This document shows positions 48,419 through 59,001 of a stretch of 64,000 nucleotides of DNA, piece after piece. A model generated the notes under the pieces. The model did no database searches. It had not been told where the DNA came from and worked only from the letters and a program-made list of their open reading frames with translations. How positions within the stretch are numbered: the stretch's first letter is position 1; each line of letters begins with the position of its first letter. Source of the DNA: Candidatus Enterousia sp. (GTDB lineage Bacteria; Pseudomonadota; Alphaproteobacteria; Rs-D84). The position numbers and the translations under genes are program-made. The stretch lies in contig JAZLHA010000002.1 of NCBI GenBank assembly GCA_045616625.1, forward strand, positions 40,482 to 104,481, given 5' to 3'.

Positions 48419-50773
48419 TTGAAGTTAAAAACAGTTGGTTTTTTATCTGTTTTATTAATCGTTGGGACTTTTGTTTCTGATGGTTTTTGTGCTGTTCAGG
48501 CATCTAATCGTGCCGCCACAACAACTACTTCTGTTCGTTCAACAAAATCTGTGTCGCGGCAGCCGTCAACTGCTGCTGTTGGAGTTAAGCGTTCTAATGT
48601 TGAACGTAGTGGCGCAACTGTTTCTCGCAAGGCCACGGTCGGTAAAAACAGTTCTGTTCGAATTGCTACTAAACCCAGTGTTGTACGCAGTACAACAAGT
48701 GCGCGTTCTGGTGTGTTGTCAAATATAGTTCGTGCGGCTAAGAATTTTACTTCAGCACGTAGCGCTGCCACAGTTAAGCATACAAATGCTGCACGCGCGA
48801 CGGCTGTGTTTAATGATGTTACAAAAATCGGTTCTGGTTATGCCAATTGTCGTGATGCGTATGCAACATGTATGGATCAATTTTGTGCAAAATTAAATGA
48901 TACTTATCGTCGTTGCATTTGTAGTGACAAATATTCAGAATTTCGTGATTCTGAGGATGCTTTGGAAGAAGCGCTTACGCTATTGGCAAAATTTGAAGAT
49001 AATAATTTGAATGCTGTTGATAAAACAGTTGAAGAAATAAATGCTTTGTATTCTGCAACGGCCGGTGAAATGGTTGTTAAAAAAGATACGAGTGCCGCTG
49101 CTAAGATGCTTAATGAGATTGATGGTCTGATGTCTGGCGGCAAGAAAGCAAAAAAACAATCCAGTACTTATACATCTCTTAATGGTACAGTTGTAGAATT
49201 TGATTCTGATATAGAGGATGTTTGGGCTGTTGATACATCAGAAAATAGTATTTTTGGCTCTAAAGATAAAGTCAAGGATATTTCAACATACGAAGGTGTA
49301 GAATTATATAATGCTGCGAGTGAACAATGTTTGCAGGTTGTTAGTGAATCTTGTGCAAATGATGCTACATTAACGATGGCTAAAAGTTCGTATAGTGTTA
49401 TGGTGTCAAATGATTGTAATACATATTCAAAAAAGATTGATACAAAACGTGAAAAAGTTCAGGAAACAGTTCGTACTGCTGAAAAGTATTTACGTGAGGC
49501 TCGGTTAGAAGAATATCGTGCACATAATTCTGCGGATATGAATACCTGTGTGACCGCGGTAAAAAATGCGATTCAAACAGATGCTGCATGTGGCTCAAAT
49601 TATGTTCGTTGTTTGGATAATACGGGTGTGTATATTAATTCAACAACTGGTGAACCAATTTATTCGCCGCGTTTTTTCCAGTTAAAGGATTTAATTAAAT
49701 TAGATGGTACATCGGATGCGTTGGGGCAAGTATCGAATCAAGATTTTGAATTTTTCTTAGATTCTAAGCGAAAATATGCGGAAACTGCATTGAATACTTG
49801 TCGTGATATTGCCGAAGATGTTTGGACCGAATTTAAACGCGGTGCCCTAATAGAAATTTCTCAGGCCCAGGATGATAAAATAGAAGAAGTTAAAATGTCC
49901 TGTGTTCAAACAATGTCAGAATGTTATGACACTCAACTAGGTGGATTAAAAGAAATGGATACATCGAAATTACAAATGTCGGGAGTTGCCGGTGTTCAGG
50001 CTGCACGTGATTTGTGTCAAGATAAAGTAATTGCCTGTGCGTCGCTTTATGGTGATACAGATGGTTGTCAATTTGATGGCAATGGAAAATTAACATCGGG
50101 AAACAATTCAGAAGGAAATACCAGTCGTTGTGGTATAGATTCTTTGTTGGCGTTTGTTGATACTGTGGATGTATCCCGTATGTCAGAAGCGTGTGACACA
50201 ACAATAGATAATTATTTAAAAGATATGTGCACACCTGATTCTGGAAATTATGAATATCCATATAAATGTCGTTTGAAACCCAAAGGTATATTGAAAAATA
50301 ACTTGGAAAAAATAATTGGTGATAGCTGTAGTAATGATTTGATATCTGATGATAAAGATTCAAAAGTGCAGACAGCTATGGATAACTTGGCAGAGCAAAT
50401 GGATTATGTTTTAGGTAAGGAGTGTGAAAACCTTGAAGGTTATTGGCTTGATGTGTCAGAGACTGAATTACACACTCTTGGTAATAATACGATAAAAATA
50501 AATAACAATGATCACAAATTGCTAATAGTTTTTTATAATAATGTTTTTGGTGGTAACAAAAGCCAAAATGAGGTGTCATGGGGTGCGTGTGTTGAAAATT
50601 CTGTGATGGTTCAGTGTTTGGCAAATAATAATGCCGAAGAAACAGTGGCACAATATAATAAGAATTTGGATAAATGTGAATTTACGGATGTATGGTTTAC
50701 TAGAAAATGCGAAAGTATTGGTGGTCATTATGAAACAGGAAGTTGTTATTTTTTAAATAACACAGGAACATAA
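48419..50773 (+). CDS. Large secreted Cys-patterned protein (paralog of 16726-19443)
   Basis: TTG start, signal peptide, S/T/R-rich region, CRDAYATCMDQFC…YRRCICS. Confidence 0.85.
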   Translation: MKLKTVGFLSVLLIVGTFVSDGFCAVQASNRAATTTTSVRSTKSVSRQPSTAAVGVKRSNVERSGATVSRKATVGKNSSVRIATKPSVVRSTTSARSGVLSNIVRAAKNFTSARSAATVKHTNAARATAVFNDVTKIGSGYANCRDAYATCMDQFCAKLNDTYRRCICSDKYSEFRDSEDALEEALTLLAKFEDNNLNAVDKTVEEINALYSATAGEMVVKKDTSAAAKMLNEIDGLMSGGKKAKKQSSTYTSLNGTVVEFDSDIEDVWAVDTSENSIFGSKDKVKDISTYEGVELYNAASEQCLQVVSESCANDATLTMAKSSYSVMVSNDCNTYSKKIDTKREKVQETVRTAEKYLREARLEEYRAHNSADMNTCVTAVKNAIQTDAACGSNYVRCLDNTGVYINSTTGEPIYSPRFFQLKDLIKLDGTSDALGQVSNQDFEFFLDSKRKYAETALNTCRDIAEDVWTEFKRGALIEISQAQDDKIEEVKMSCVQTMSECYDTQLGGLKEMDTSKLQMSGVAGVQAARDLCQDKVIACASLYGDTDGCQFDGNGKLTSGNNSEGNTSRCGIDSLLAFVDTVDVSRMSEACDTTIDNYLKDMCTPDSGNYEYPYKCRLKPKGILKNNLEKIIGDSCSNDLISDDKDSKVQTAMDNLAEQMDYVLGKECENLEGYWLDVSETELHTLGNNTIKINNNDHKLLIVFYNNVFGGNKSQNEVSWGACVENSVMVQCLANNNAEETVAQYNKNLDKCEFTDVWFTRKCESIGGHYETGSCYFLNNTGT

Positions 50774-50813
50774 GCCAATTTTGTAAAAGTTAATAACTTT
50801 TAAAGTAACAACT

Positions 50814-51227
50814 TTAGATAGTTACATTATTTAATGAATTTATTAGGTTCATAACAATTTTACGTTGATCGTCCGGTAGGCGCCAATACATAGATATTAA
50901 ACGTAATGTTTCTGTCTTTAACATTGGATCTTCTGACTTTGGTTCGGATACATGAATTGATTTGTTTGCTTTTGTTTCTTCTGGCACATTGCCCGGCAGT
51001 CCGAAAAAGAAAAATGATACAGGTGTTTCCAATGCCAAACTGACATCAAATAAGCGTGATGCAGATATACGGTTGTCGGCAACCTCGTACTTTTGTATTT
51101 GCTGAAATGTGACACCACATTTTTCCGCCAATGACTTTTGTGACATTCCTAAAATATTACGGCGCAGTTGCATACGTTGACCGATATGTTTATCAACTGA
51201 ATTTGGTAAAGATTTTGTGCCTGGCAT
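50814..51227 (-). CDS. XRE-family HTH transcriptional regulator
   Basis: VDKHIGQRMQLRR..LGMSQ..LA…VTFQQIQKYE…NRISASRL; start chosen at 51227 behind AAGGA. Confidence 0.92.
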   Translation of the reverse strand: MPGTKSLPNSVDKHIGQRMQLRRNILGMSQKSLAEKCGVTFQQIQKYEVADNRISASRLFDVSLALETPVSFFFFGLPGNVPEETKANKSIHVSEPKSEDPMLKTETLRLISMYWRLPDDQRKIVMNLINSLNNVTI

Positions 51228-51344
51228 TTTAATTTCCTTTTTGGTGTCCAAGAATTTCTTCCTATGTTTTATTTATACCGATTTTTGATTTTTTTTGCAA
51301 CATTTTTATAAAAAAATGATAATATAGTATTTAAGGAGATTTAT

Positions 51345-52817
51345 ATGTCATATCCTGTTGTTTTATGTATCTTGGACGGCGTCGGTATTAGGAAAAATAC
51401 CGAACATAATGCGGTTGCTATGGCTAATATGCCATTTTTTAGAAATTTATTGCGTAATTACCCTAATTCTGAATTGAATGCGAGTGGGCTTTCGGTCGGC
51501 CTGCCCGCCGGTGTTATGGGCAATTCAGAGGTTGGACATATAACAATCGGTTCTGGGCGAATTGTAAATCAGTTTCTGCGCAGATTTGAATTAGAAGATT
51601 TTAATACAAACCCTGCCCTAAATAATTTTCTAAATTCTGTAAAACATGATGATGGCATTGTTCATATTGCGGCGCTGATGTCTGATGGGCGTGTTCATTC
51701 TGATTTAGACGAAGTGCTGACAATAATTCATTATACGGTTAAATTTGGTTTGCGTGTATGTATTCACTTTATTGCCGACGGTCGTGATACCCCGCCGCAA
51801 AGCGCACAGAAATATATTGATAAAATAAAAAAATCTTTATCGGTGGAATTAAATTCAGGTTCTGTATTTTTTGGAACGCTTACTGGGCGGTATTACGCGA
51901 TGGATAGAAATCAAAATCTGGACAGAACGGAACTAGCATTTAACGCAATCGCGCATGAAAAGGCAGATTATATTGCCGACACCATAGACAATGCATTACA
52001 AAAGGCATACGCGCGTGGCGAAACAGATGAATTTATCAAACCAACAATAATTACATCTATTAAAATCACAGAACGTGACGGATTTATATTTGGCAATTAT
52101 CGCAGTGATCGCGCCCGTCAAATTGTTCGTGCTATATTGAAAACTGGTTGTCATATTTTGTGTTTTTCGCAATATGGCGAAGGGTTAAACGAAATATGCC
52201 CCGCCCTGATTCCCGACCAGATTATTACTAATACTTTGGGTGATGTGCTGGCGGAAAACGGTAAAACACAGTTGCGTATTGCCGAAACAGAAAAGTATAA
52301 TCATGTGACATATTTCTTTGATGCGGAACGCAATATAGATTTTAATGGCGAAGAAAAAATTTTAATTCCATCCCCATCAGTTGCGACTTTTGATATGAAA
52401 CCTGAAATGTCTGCACCTGAAATTACGGCGGCACTATTACCACGACTAAATCAGTTTGATGTTGTGATATTGAACTATGCCAATGGCGATATGGTTGGGC
52501 ATACTGGTAACGAAAGTGCGGCGGTACGCGCAATGGAAACATTGGATAAACAATTGTCTGAATTAGTGCCGGCGGTTTTGCGATTAAATGGAACGGTTAT
52601 GATAATTGCAGACCATGGTAATGCCGAAGAAATGTGGGACGATAAACACGACACACCATTAACATCGCACACAACAAATCCGGTATATTGTATAATAGTT
52701 TCTAATCATAGGTATAATTTACACAGTGGTGGTCTTTCGGATGTTGCACCAACGATATTACATTTGTTGAATCTGGAACAGCCCGTTGAAATGACTGGAA
52801 AAAGTTTGATAGACTAA
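51345..52817 (+). CDS. gpmI: 2,3-bisphosphoglycerate-independent phosphoglycerate mutase
   Basis: LCILDGVG, MGNSEVGH, DGRDT, GRYYAMDR, AETEKY, DMVGHTG, ADHGNAE. Confidence 0.97.
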   Translation: MSYPVVLCILDGVGIRKNTEHNAVAMANMPFFRNLLRNYPNSELNASGLSVGLPAGVMGNSEVGHITIGSGRIVNQFLRRFELEDFNTNPALNNFLNSVKHDDGIVHIAALMSDGRVHSDLDEVLTIIHYTVKFGLRVCIHFIADGRDTPPQSAQKYIDKIKKSLSVELNSGSVFFGTLTGRYYAMDRNQNLDRTELAFNAIAHEKADYIADTIDNALQKAYARGETDEFIKPTIITSIKITERDGFIFGNYRSDRARQIVRAILKTGCHILCFSQYGEGLNEICPALIPDQIITNTLGDVLAENGKTQLRIAETEKYNHVTYFFDAERNIDFNGEEKILIPSPSVATFDMKPEMSAPEITAALLPRLNQFDVVILNYANGDMVGHTGNESAAVRAMETLDKQLSELVPAVLRLNGTVMIIADHGNAEEMWDDKHDTPLTSHTTNPVYCIIVSNHRYNLHSGGLSDVAPTILHLLNLEQPVEMTGKSLID

Positions 52818-53266
52818 TTGTTTTTATTGCGGCGCAACGCAAAAAATTTGCGTAATAATTCCCCAGATTCATCGGCGTATTCGGACATTTCGTGAACGGC
52901 TGGTTTCCACAGGTGTTTGTCAGTATCATAAATCATAGAATTTGATGTTATTCCCCCGCCCTTTATATCGCGTGCTGCAAAATAAATGTTTTTTATGCGC
53001 GCCAAAGAAATCGCTGTTGCACACATTGCACATGGTTCCAGTGATACATAAATGTCGCAATCGTCCAGGAATTTTTGACCTAATTTTTTACATGCGCGAT
53101 TTATTGCAACGATTTCAGCATGCAGGGTTGGATTCTTTTTTAACTGAACACGATTTTCCCCATGTGCGATAATTTTACCATCGCGAACGATAACCGCACC
53201 GATTGGAACATCGTCATGCGAAAAAGCGCGGTTTGCTAAAATTAAAGTTTGTTTCATAAAATCCAT
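52814..53266 (-). CDS. tadA: tRNA adenosine deaminase
   Basis: DVPIGAVIV, HAEI, LEPCAMC. Confidence 0.88.
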   Translation of the reverse strand: MDFMKQTLILANRAFSHDDVPIGAVIVRDGKIIAHGENRVQLKKNPTLHAEIVAINRACKKLGQKFLDDCDIYVSLEPCAMCATAISLARIKNIYFAARDIKGGGITSNSMIYDTDKHLWKPAVHEMSEYADESGELLRKFFALRRNKNN

Positions 53267-53283
53267 GTGATATACTTTACATT

Positions 53284-53838
53284 ATGGATTCAAAATTGCA
53301 AATCATTTCAGGAACATTTCGTGGCAAAAAATTAAAGTTGCCGTCTTGTGCGCGTCCAACTCAGAATCGTGCGCGTATCGCTATATTTAATATGTTGAAC
53401 TGTTTGATTGAACGTGATGATATACATGTTTGGGATGCATTTGCGGGATCGGGGGCGTTTGGATTGGAATGTTTGTCGCGATATATAAATGCAAATGTCG
53501 TTTTTACAGATGTGGTGGCTGAATCAACAAAATGTATTCGTGATAACATAGAATTGTTGGGACTGTCCAATCGTGCGACGGTGAAACAGGTTGACGCAAT
53601 GGCGACAGTGTCGCACTATGCGCCCGATATTGATTTAGTGTTTGTTGACCCACCGTATGCTGACGGCGCGGTTGGGATTGCATTTGTAAAAAAGTTTTTT
53701 GCGCGTGCCAAGAGCGGTGCAATTCTAATCTGGGAACAGGATGACGCGGTGGCAACAACACCCAGCCTGCCCGATGTTGAAATTTTGCGTGATAAAAAAT
53801 ATGGTCGCGCACGTTTTTTGATTTTACAGAAAAAATAA
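53284..53838 (+). CDS. rsmD: 16S rRNA m2G966 methyltransferase
   Basis: IISGTFRGKKL, RPT, DAFAGSGAFGLE, VFVDPPY, KKYG. Confidence 0.9.
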   Translation: MDSKLQIISGTFRGKKLKLPSCARPTQNRARIAIFNMLNCLIERDDIHVWDAFAGSGAFGLECLSRYINANVVFTDVVAESTKCIRDNIELLGLSNRATVKQVDAMATVSHYAPDIDLVFVDPPYADGAVGIAFVKKFFARAKSGAILIWEQDDAVATTPSLPDVEILRDKKYGRARFLILQKK

Positions 53839-53847
53839 CAAAAATAC

Positions 53848-53907
53848 TTGATTTTGCGATGGTTTTAGTTCATAATATGCCACGCACAACACCCTTGGAG
53901 GTTGTGC
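53848..53907 (+). promoter_or_regulatory. rplY promoter and 5' leader hairpin
   Basis: TTGATT-N17-CATAAT; hairpin GCACAAC-ACCCTTGGAG-GTTGTGC. Confidence 0.55.
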
Positions 53908-53940
53908 AAAGTTAAACATGCTATTAAAAAGGATTAAAAA

Positions 53941-54579
53941 ATGGCTATTAAATTAAATGCAGAAATTCGTAATGTTGCTGGCAAGGGGGCCGCACGTGCA
54001 GTTCGCAATGCTAAAAACATTCCTGCTGTGATATACGGCGATAAGAAAGACCCAATTGCTATTGAATTAAACGGTCACGACTTTGAAATGTTGTTGAAAG
54101 TACCTAGCTTGCGTACAAAATTATTCCAAATCGCATTGAAAGGCGGAAATGAAGATGCTGTTTTGATGGATGTTCAATATCATCCTGTATCTGATGCTCC
54201 TATTCATGTTGATTTCAAACGTATTAATGTCAAAGAACCTGTGACAATTACTGTGCCGGTTGAGGTTGCAAATACAGAAATATCCAAGGGCTTGAAATTG
54301 GGTGGTGTTTTGAACTTTGCAGTACGTAAAGTTGTGTTGCGTGGTTTGATTGACAATATCCCAGAAAAAATCGTTATAGATTTGACTGATTTGAATATTG
54401 GCGAATCTGTGCACGGTTCAGATTTGGTATTGCCAAGTGGTGTTGAACTTGGTTTGCACCAGGCTGAATTGGCGTTTGCTATTATTGGTGGTAAAATGCC
54501 AGAAGAAGAAGCAAAACCAGCGGCAGCGGCAGCAGCAACAACAACTGCGGCACCGGCTGCGACACCAGATAAAAAATAA
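53941..54579 (+). CDS. rplY: 50S ribosomal protein L25/Ctc
   Basis: GKGAARAVR…IPAVIYG, DVQYHPV, HVDF, IPEKIVIDL. Confidence 0.95.
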   Translation: MAIKLNAEIRNVAGKGAARAVRNAKNIPAVIYGDKKDPIAIELNGHDFEMLLKVPSLRTKLFQIALKGGNEDAVLMDVQYHPVSDAPIHVDFKRINVKEPVTITVPVEVANTEISKGLKLGGVLNFAVRKVVLRGLIDNIPEKIVIDLTDLNIGESVHGSDLVLPSGVELGLHQAELAFAIIGGKMPEEEAKPAAAAAATTTAAPAATPDKK

Positions 54580-54601
54580 TTTTTGTTTGGAAAATATATT
54601 T

Positions 54602-54630
54602 GAAACCGCCAATTTGGCGGTTTCTTTATT
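54602..54630 (+). terminator. Terminator after rplY
   Basis: GAAACCGCC-AATTT-GGCGGTTTC followed by TTT. Confidence 0.8.
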
Positions 54631-54655
54631 AGGAATAAAATAATTTTTTACATAC

Positions 54656-54683
54656 CTTGAAATCGTGTTTTATATCACTATAT
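54656..54683 (+). promoter_or_regulatory. Probable RpoH (sigma32) promoter of dnaK
   Basis: CTTGAA-N15-ACTATAT, close to the alphaproteobacterial CTTGAA…CCTATAT consensus. Confidence 0.6.
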
Positions 54684-54718
54684 TTCCACTGAACAAGTTT
54701 TATAAGGAGTGAATAAAA

Positions 54719-56614
54719 ATGGCAAAAGTATTAGGTATTGATTTGGGAACTACTAATTCCGCTATGTCTTTTATGGACGGAACTGAACCAAAAATTATCG
54801 AAAATGCAGAGGGTCAACGTACAACACCATCGGTTGTTGCTATTACAAACAATAGTGAACAGTTGGTCGGTATTACTGCAAAAAATCAGGCGGTAACAAA
54901 TCCTGAAAATACTATTTATGAAATAAAACGTTTAATGGGTTTGCGCTTTGATAGCCCTGCGGTTAAGGAAATTGAAAAACGCGTTCCATATAAAATTGTT
55001 GCTGGTGATAATGGTGATGCGTGGGTTGAAATTGATGGTAAAAAATATGCCCCATCTCAGGTTTCTGCTATGATTTTGGCAAAGTTAAAGAAAGATGCTG
55101 AAAATTATTTGGGCGAAACAATTACTGATGCGGTTATTACTGTGCCTGCATATTTTAACGATTCTCAACGCCAGGCAACAAAAGATGCCGGTCGTATTGC
55201 AGGCTTAAATGTTTTGCGTATCGTTAACGAACCAACGGCTGCTGCTTTGGCGTATGGTTTGGATAAAAACAAAAACGGAACTATTGCTGTTTACGATTTG
55301 GGTGGTGGAACATTTGATGTGTCTATTTTGGAAATCGTTGACGGCGTGTTTGAAGTAAAATCAACAAACGGTGATACTGCTTTGGGTGGTTCTGACTTTG
55401 ATGCACGTGTTTTGAAACACTTGATTGATGAATTTAAGGGTCAAACAGGTATTGATTTATCAAACGACAAATTGGCATTACAACGTTTGAAAGAAGCCGC
55501 AGAAAAGGCAAAAATTGAATTGTCGTCAAAAACATCTGCGGATATCAATCTGCCTTTCTTGACAGCTGATGCAACTGGACCAAAACATTTCAATACAACT
55601 TTGTCACGCGCAAAATTGGAATCTTTGGTTGAAGATTTGATTCAAAAAACGATTGAACCATGCCAAAAGGCTTTGAAAGATGCTGGTTTGGATAAATCAC
55701 AAATCAATGAAGTTATCTTGGTTGGTGGTCAAACACGTATGCCAAAGGTTGTTGAAACAGTCAAAGAATTCTTTGGTCGTGAACCACACAAGGGTGTAAA
55801 TCCTGACGAAGTAGTTGCTATGGGTGCCGCTATTCAGGGTGGTGTTTTAAAGGGCGATGTAAAGGATGTTTTGTTGTTGGATGTGACCCCATTATCATTG
55901 GGTATTGAAACATTGGGCGGTGTATTTACACGCTTGATTGATAGAAATACAACAATTCCTACAAAGAAGTCCCAGGTGTTTAGTACCGCTGAAGATAATC
56001 AATCTGCGGTGACTATTCGTGTGTTCCAGGGTGAACGCGATATGGCGGCTGATAATAAATTGTTGGGTCAATTTAATTTAGAGGGTATCGCCCCTGCCCC
56101 ACGTGGTATGCCACAAATCGAAGTGTCTTTTGATATTGACGCAAATGGTATTGTTCACGTGTCGGCCAAGGATAAAGGTACCGGTAAAGAACAGGCGATT
56201 TCTATTAAATCAGACGGTGGTTTGTCCGAAGATGAAATCAAACGTATGGTTGATGAAGCCGCAGCAAATGCTGATGCTGATAAAAAGAAACGCGAATTAG
56301 CCGAGGCAAAAAATACCGCTGAAACCGCTATATTCAGTATTGAAAAATCACTGAAAGAACATGGCGATAAAATCAGCGCTGACGAAAAGAAAGCCATCGA
56401 AGATGCTAAACAAGAACTAGCAGATGAATTGGCAAAATCTGATGCGACGGCTGAAAGTCTGAAAGCAAAAACAGATGCTTTGTCAGAAAAAGCAATGAAG
56501 TTGGGCGAAGCGGTGTATAAAGCACAACAGGAAGCACAGGCCCAATCGGGTGCATCTGAAAACGATGCGTCTGACAATAATACAACTGATGCAGACTTTT
56601 CTGAAAAGAAATAA
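54719..56614 (+). CDS. dnaK: Chaperone DnaK
   Basis: [45 protein letters not shown]. Confidence 0.99.
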   Translation: MAKVLGIDLGTTNSAMSFMDGTEPKIIENAEGQRTTPSVVAITNNSEQLVGITAKNQAVTNPENTIYEIKRLMGLRFDSPAVKEIEKRVPYKIVAGDNGDAWVEIDGKKYAPSQVSAMILAKLKKDAENYLGETITDAVITVPAYFNDSQRQATKDAGRIAGLNVLRIVNEPTAAALAYGLDKNKNGTIAVYDLGGGTFDVSILEIVDGVFEVKSTNGDTALGGSDFDARVLKHLIDEFKGQTGIDLSNDKLALQRLKEAAEKAKIELSSKTSADINLPFLTADATGPKHFNTTLSRAKLESLVEDLIQKTIEPCQKALKDAGLDKSQINEVILVGGQTRMPKVVETVKEFFGREPHKGVNPDEVVAMGAAIQGGVLKGDVKDVLLLDVTPLSLGIETLGGVFTRLIDRNTTIPTKKSQVFSTAEDNQSAVTIRVFQGERDMAADNKLLGQFNLEGIAPAPRGMPQIEVSFDIDANGIVHVSAKDKGTGKEQAISIKSDGGLSEDEIKRMVDEAAANADADKKKRELAEAKNTAETAIFSIEKSLKEHGDKISADEKKAIEDAKQELADELAKSDATAESLKAKTDALSEKAMKLGEAVYKAQQEAQAQSGASENDASDNNTTDADFSEKK

Positions 56615-56632
56615 TGTATATGTTGTTAAACC

Positions 56633-56661
56633 AAAAAAACCGCCCAAACGGGCGGTTTTTT
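56633..56661. terminator. Bidirectional terminator
   Basis: AAAAAAACCGCCC-AAAC-GGGCGGTTTTTT. Confidence 0.88.
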
Positions 56662-57739
56662 ATTTCACATCACCAATATAAATTCCCATATCTATTGCCG
56701 TATGTAATAATATGTCGTCTGGTTCAACATAGGCATTTGATATTTTAAATCCGTCAATGTTTGGATCCGGCATCATACGGCCAGATGCGATAATGTCTGG
56801 GATGCTAACTGTTTTACATTCACCGTCAATCATTGCGGTCATTACATAGGTTTCGTTATTTTCAATTGCATCCAATGCACATGCCGCCATCCGCGAAGCA
56901 GTTATTCTGTCGCATGCAGTTGTGTCGCCGGTACGCTGGATGTGTTCTGGAAATGCCGTTCTGTTTGAAATTCCGGCTTTGGTAAGTTCGCGCGAAATCA
57001 TATCAGCAGGACGCCCAGAATGTCCACGAATTGATATACCCTCTGATACCATGATAACACCGTAATCAGATTTAGATTTTTTTATGTGTTCAATTAAGTC
57101 TTCGGCTTTAAATTTTATTTCTGGAATTAAAATAGCAAATGCACCAATAGCAATGCCGGCATTTAATGCCAAACGTCCACATTCACGACCCATACTTTGT
57201 ACAACGAACCAACGGTGATGACTGCGCGCCGTCATTAGTAATTGGTCGCAATATGATGTTAATTGTTGAACGGCGGTTGCAAAGCCGATGGTTGTATCCG
57301 TCATAGGAATATCCATATCAATAGTCTTTGGAATGCATATCAATTGCAAATCAGAATAAATATCGCGCGTTGCCCATGCGAGTGACAAACTACCATTGCC
57401 ACCAATTAAAACCAAAGCATCCAAGTTTAATTGTTGTAGTGATTTTTTTAGCCGTGCATTAAATTGCTTTAACTGTTTGTTTTCCACCGCCCCTTCAAAA
57501 TTCATTTTGTACGGGCAACCGTTTTTCAGCATGCTGCCGGCCATGTACATAATTTCCGTCGGACAATTATCGTGATTTAGTTCGATTACCTTGCATTTTG
57601 AATCACTAAGTCCATCAACACCGTCCAATATTCCAAATACACGCCAGCCACGCAATGTCGCCCCAGATACAACGCGCTGTATCGTCGCATTTAATCCAGA
57701 ACAATCGCCACCAGTTGTCATAATGCCTATTTTCTTCAT
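56660..57739 (-). CDS. pfkA: 6-phosphofructokinase (PfkA family, divergent)
   Basis: TTGGDCSGLN, IGGNGS, PKTIDMD, MGR, HIQR. Confidence 0.85.
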   Translation of the reverse strand: MKKIGIMTTGGDCSGLNATIQRVVSGATLRGWRVFGILDGVDGLSDSKCKVIELNHDNCPTEIMYMAGSMLKNGCPYKMNFEGAVENKQLKQFNARLKKSLQQLNLDALVLIGGNGSLSLAWATRDIYSDLQLICIPKTIDMDIPMTDTTIGFATAVQQLTSYCDQLLMTARSHHRWFVVQSMGRECGRLALNAGIAIGAFAILIPEIKFKAEDLIEHIKKSKSDYGVIMVSEGISIRGHSGRPADMISRELTKAGISNRTAFPEHIQRTGDTTACDRITASRMAACALDAIENNETYVMTAMIDGECKTVSIPDIIASGRMMPDPNIDGFKISNAYVEPDDILLHTAIDMGIYIGDVK

Positions 57740-57859
57740 ATTTTTATCCTTTGCTTTAACTTTCAGGGCTTATTATACCACAAACGCGTTGACAAAGTAA
57801 TAATTTTTGCAATAATCTGAATCAAAATATCGCCAGTATAGTACACAAGGAGTTTTAAT

Positions 57860-58960
57860 ATGGCATCCAAATCTTCTACTAATGACCTTATTGATAATGC
57901 ATTAAAAAGTCAGGCTTCGTGGCAAAAAAATCGTCGTGAATACACGCGCGAATTCTTGAAAAAGTTAAATACTTTTGCACGTAAAAAGCCAAATAATAGT
58001 TCAAAAAACAAACAAAAAAAACAAGAGTCAACATTAAAAGCCTATTGGTTCCCTATTCTGTGTGCTTTTATTGTTTTATTATTGGCAGTCGTTGTCGTCT
58101 GTGTTCGTGTTTATAATAATATGCATACTGTGCCTGTCGCTGTAACTCCAATTGTTCCAGAACCGATAATTAAACAAGTTGCGATTACTAGCCCAATGTT
58201 TGATATTGTTCGTGTTGAAAAGAAAGGCAATATAGTTGTCGCGGGTCGCTGGAAAGCGAATCAAGCAGTATCTGTATATATGAATAGCGAATTGGTTGCC
58301 ACAATTCGATGTGATGACAATGGCGAATTTGTTTATGCGCCCACAGGTGCGTTAAAGCCAGGTAATTATACTATGTATTTGGTTGGCAGTGGCCCACACA
58401 CAAAATCAGAAAATAAAGTATTTTTGTATATCTCTGATAAAGGTTATGAAAATTCTGTGTCTTTATTGATGACACGTGATGGTAGTACATTGTTGCAAAA
58501 ACCAACAACACTCGCTGATGGTGATTTGGTTATTTCAAAAATAGATTACCTATCAGATGGTCGTTTGGTTGTGACGGGTGATGGTTTGCCCAGATTGCGT
58601 GTATCACTTGATTTAGACGGTAAATATATTGGTTTCGCACGTGTTTCTGCATATAAACATTTTGGTTTGGGTGCGGATGTTGGTGAGTTAAAATCAGGTA
58701 ACGATTATGTTATGACAATCCGCCTGCACGACGGCGATGGCAATACAGTTGCAACAGTAAAACATAAATTTACTATGCCGGAAATGACGGGTGATGATGA
58801 TACATTTTATACCGTCAGACGCGGTGATTGTTTGTGGATAATTGCGCGTAATTTTATGCGTCGTGGAATTTTGTTTAGTATTATCGCAGAACGCAATAAC
58901 ATAGAAAATCCAGATTTAATTTTTCCAAAACAGACATTACAAATACCAGTAATTGACTAA
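57860..58960 (+). CDS. Membrane-anchored LysM protein with Ig-like domains
   Basis: TM helix; PMFDIVRVEKKG.IVVAGR; C-terminal YTVRRGDCLWIIA…NPDLIFPKQ. Confidence 0.92.
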   Translation: MASKSSTNDLIDNALKSQASWQKNRREYTREFLKKLNTFARKKPNNSSKNKQKKQESTLKAYWFPILCAFIVLLLAVVVVCVRVYNNMHTVPVAVTPIVPEPIIKQVAITSPMFDIVRVEKKGNIVVAGRWKANQAVSVYMNSELVATIRCDDNGEFVYAPTGALKPGNYTMYLVGSGPHTKSENKVFLYISDKGYENSVSLLMTRDGSTLLQKPTTLADGDLVISKIDYLSDGRLVVTGDGLPRLRVSLDLDGKYIGFARVSAYKHFGLGADVGELKSGNDYVMTIRLHDGDGNTVATVKHKFTMPEMTGDDDTFYTVRRGDCLWIIARNFMRRGILFSIIAERNNIENPDLIFPKQTLQIPVID

Positions 58961-59001
58961 AATATTTTTTGTTTTAGATGATTTTATGATATAATAAATT
59001 T

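Noticed and set aside
58833-58841. Perfect DnaA box (TGTGGATAA)
   Set aside because: Single copy inside the LysM coding sequence (…CLWII…); probably chance.
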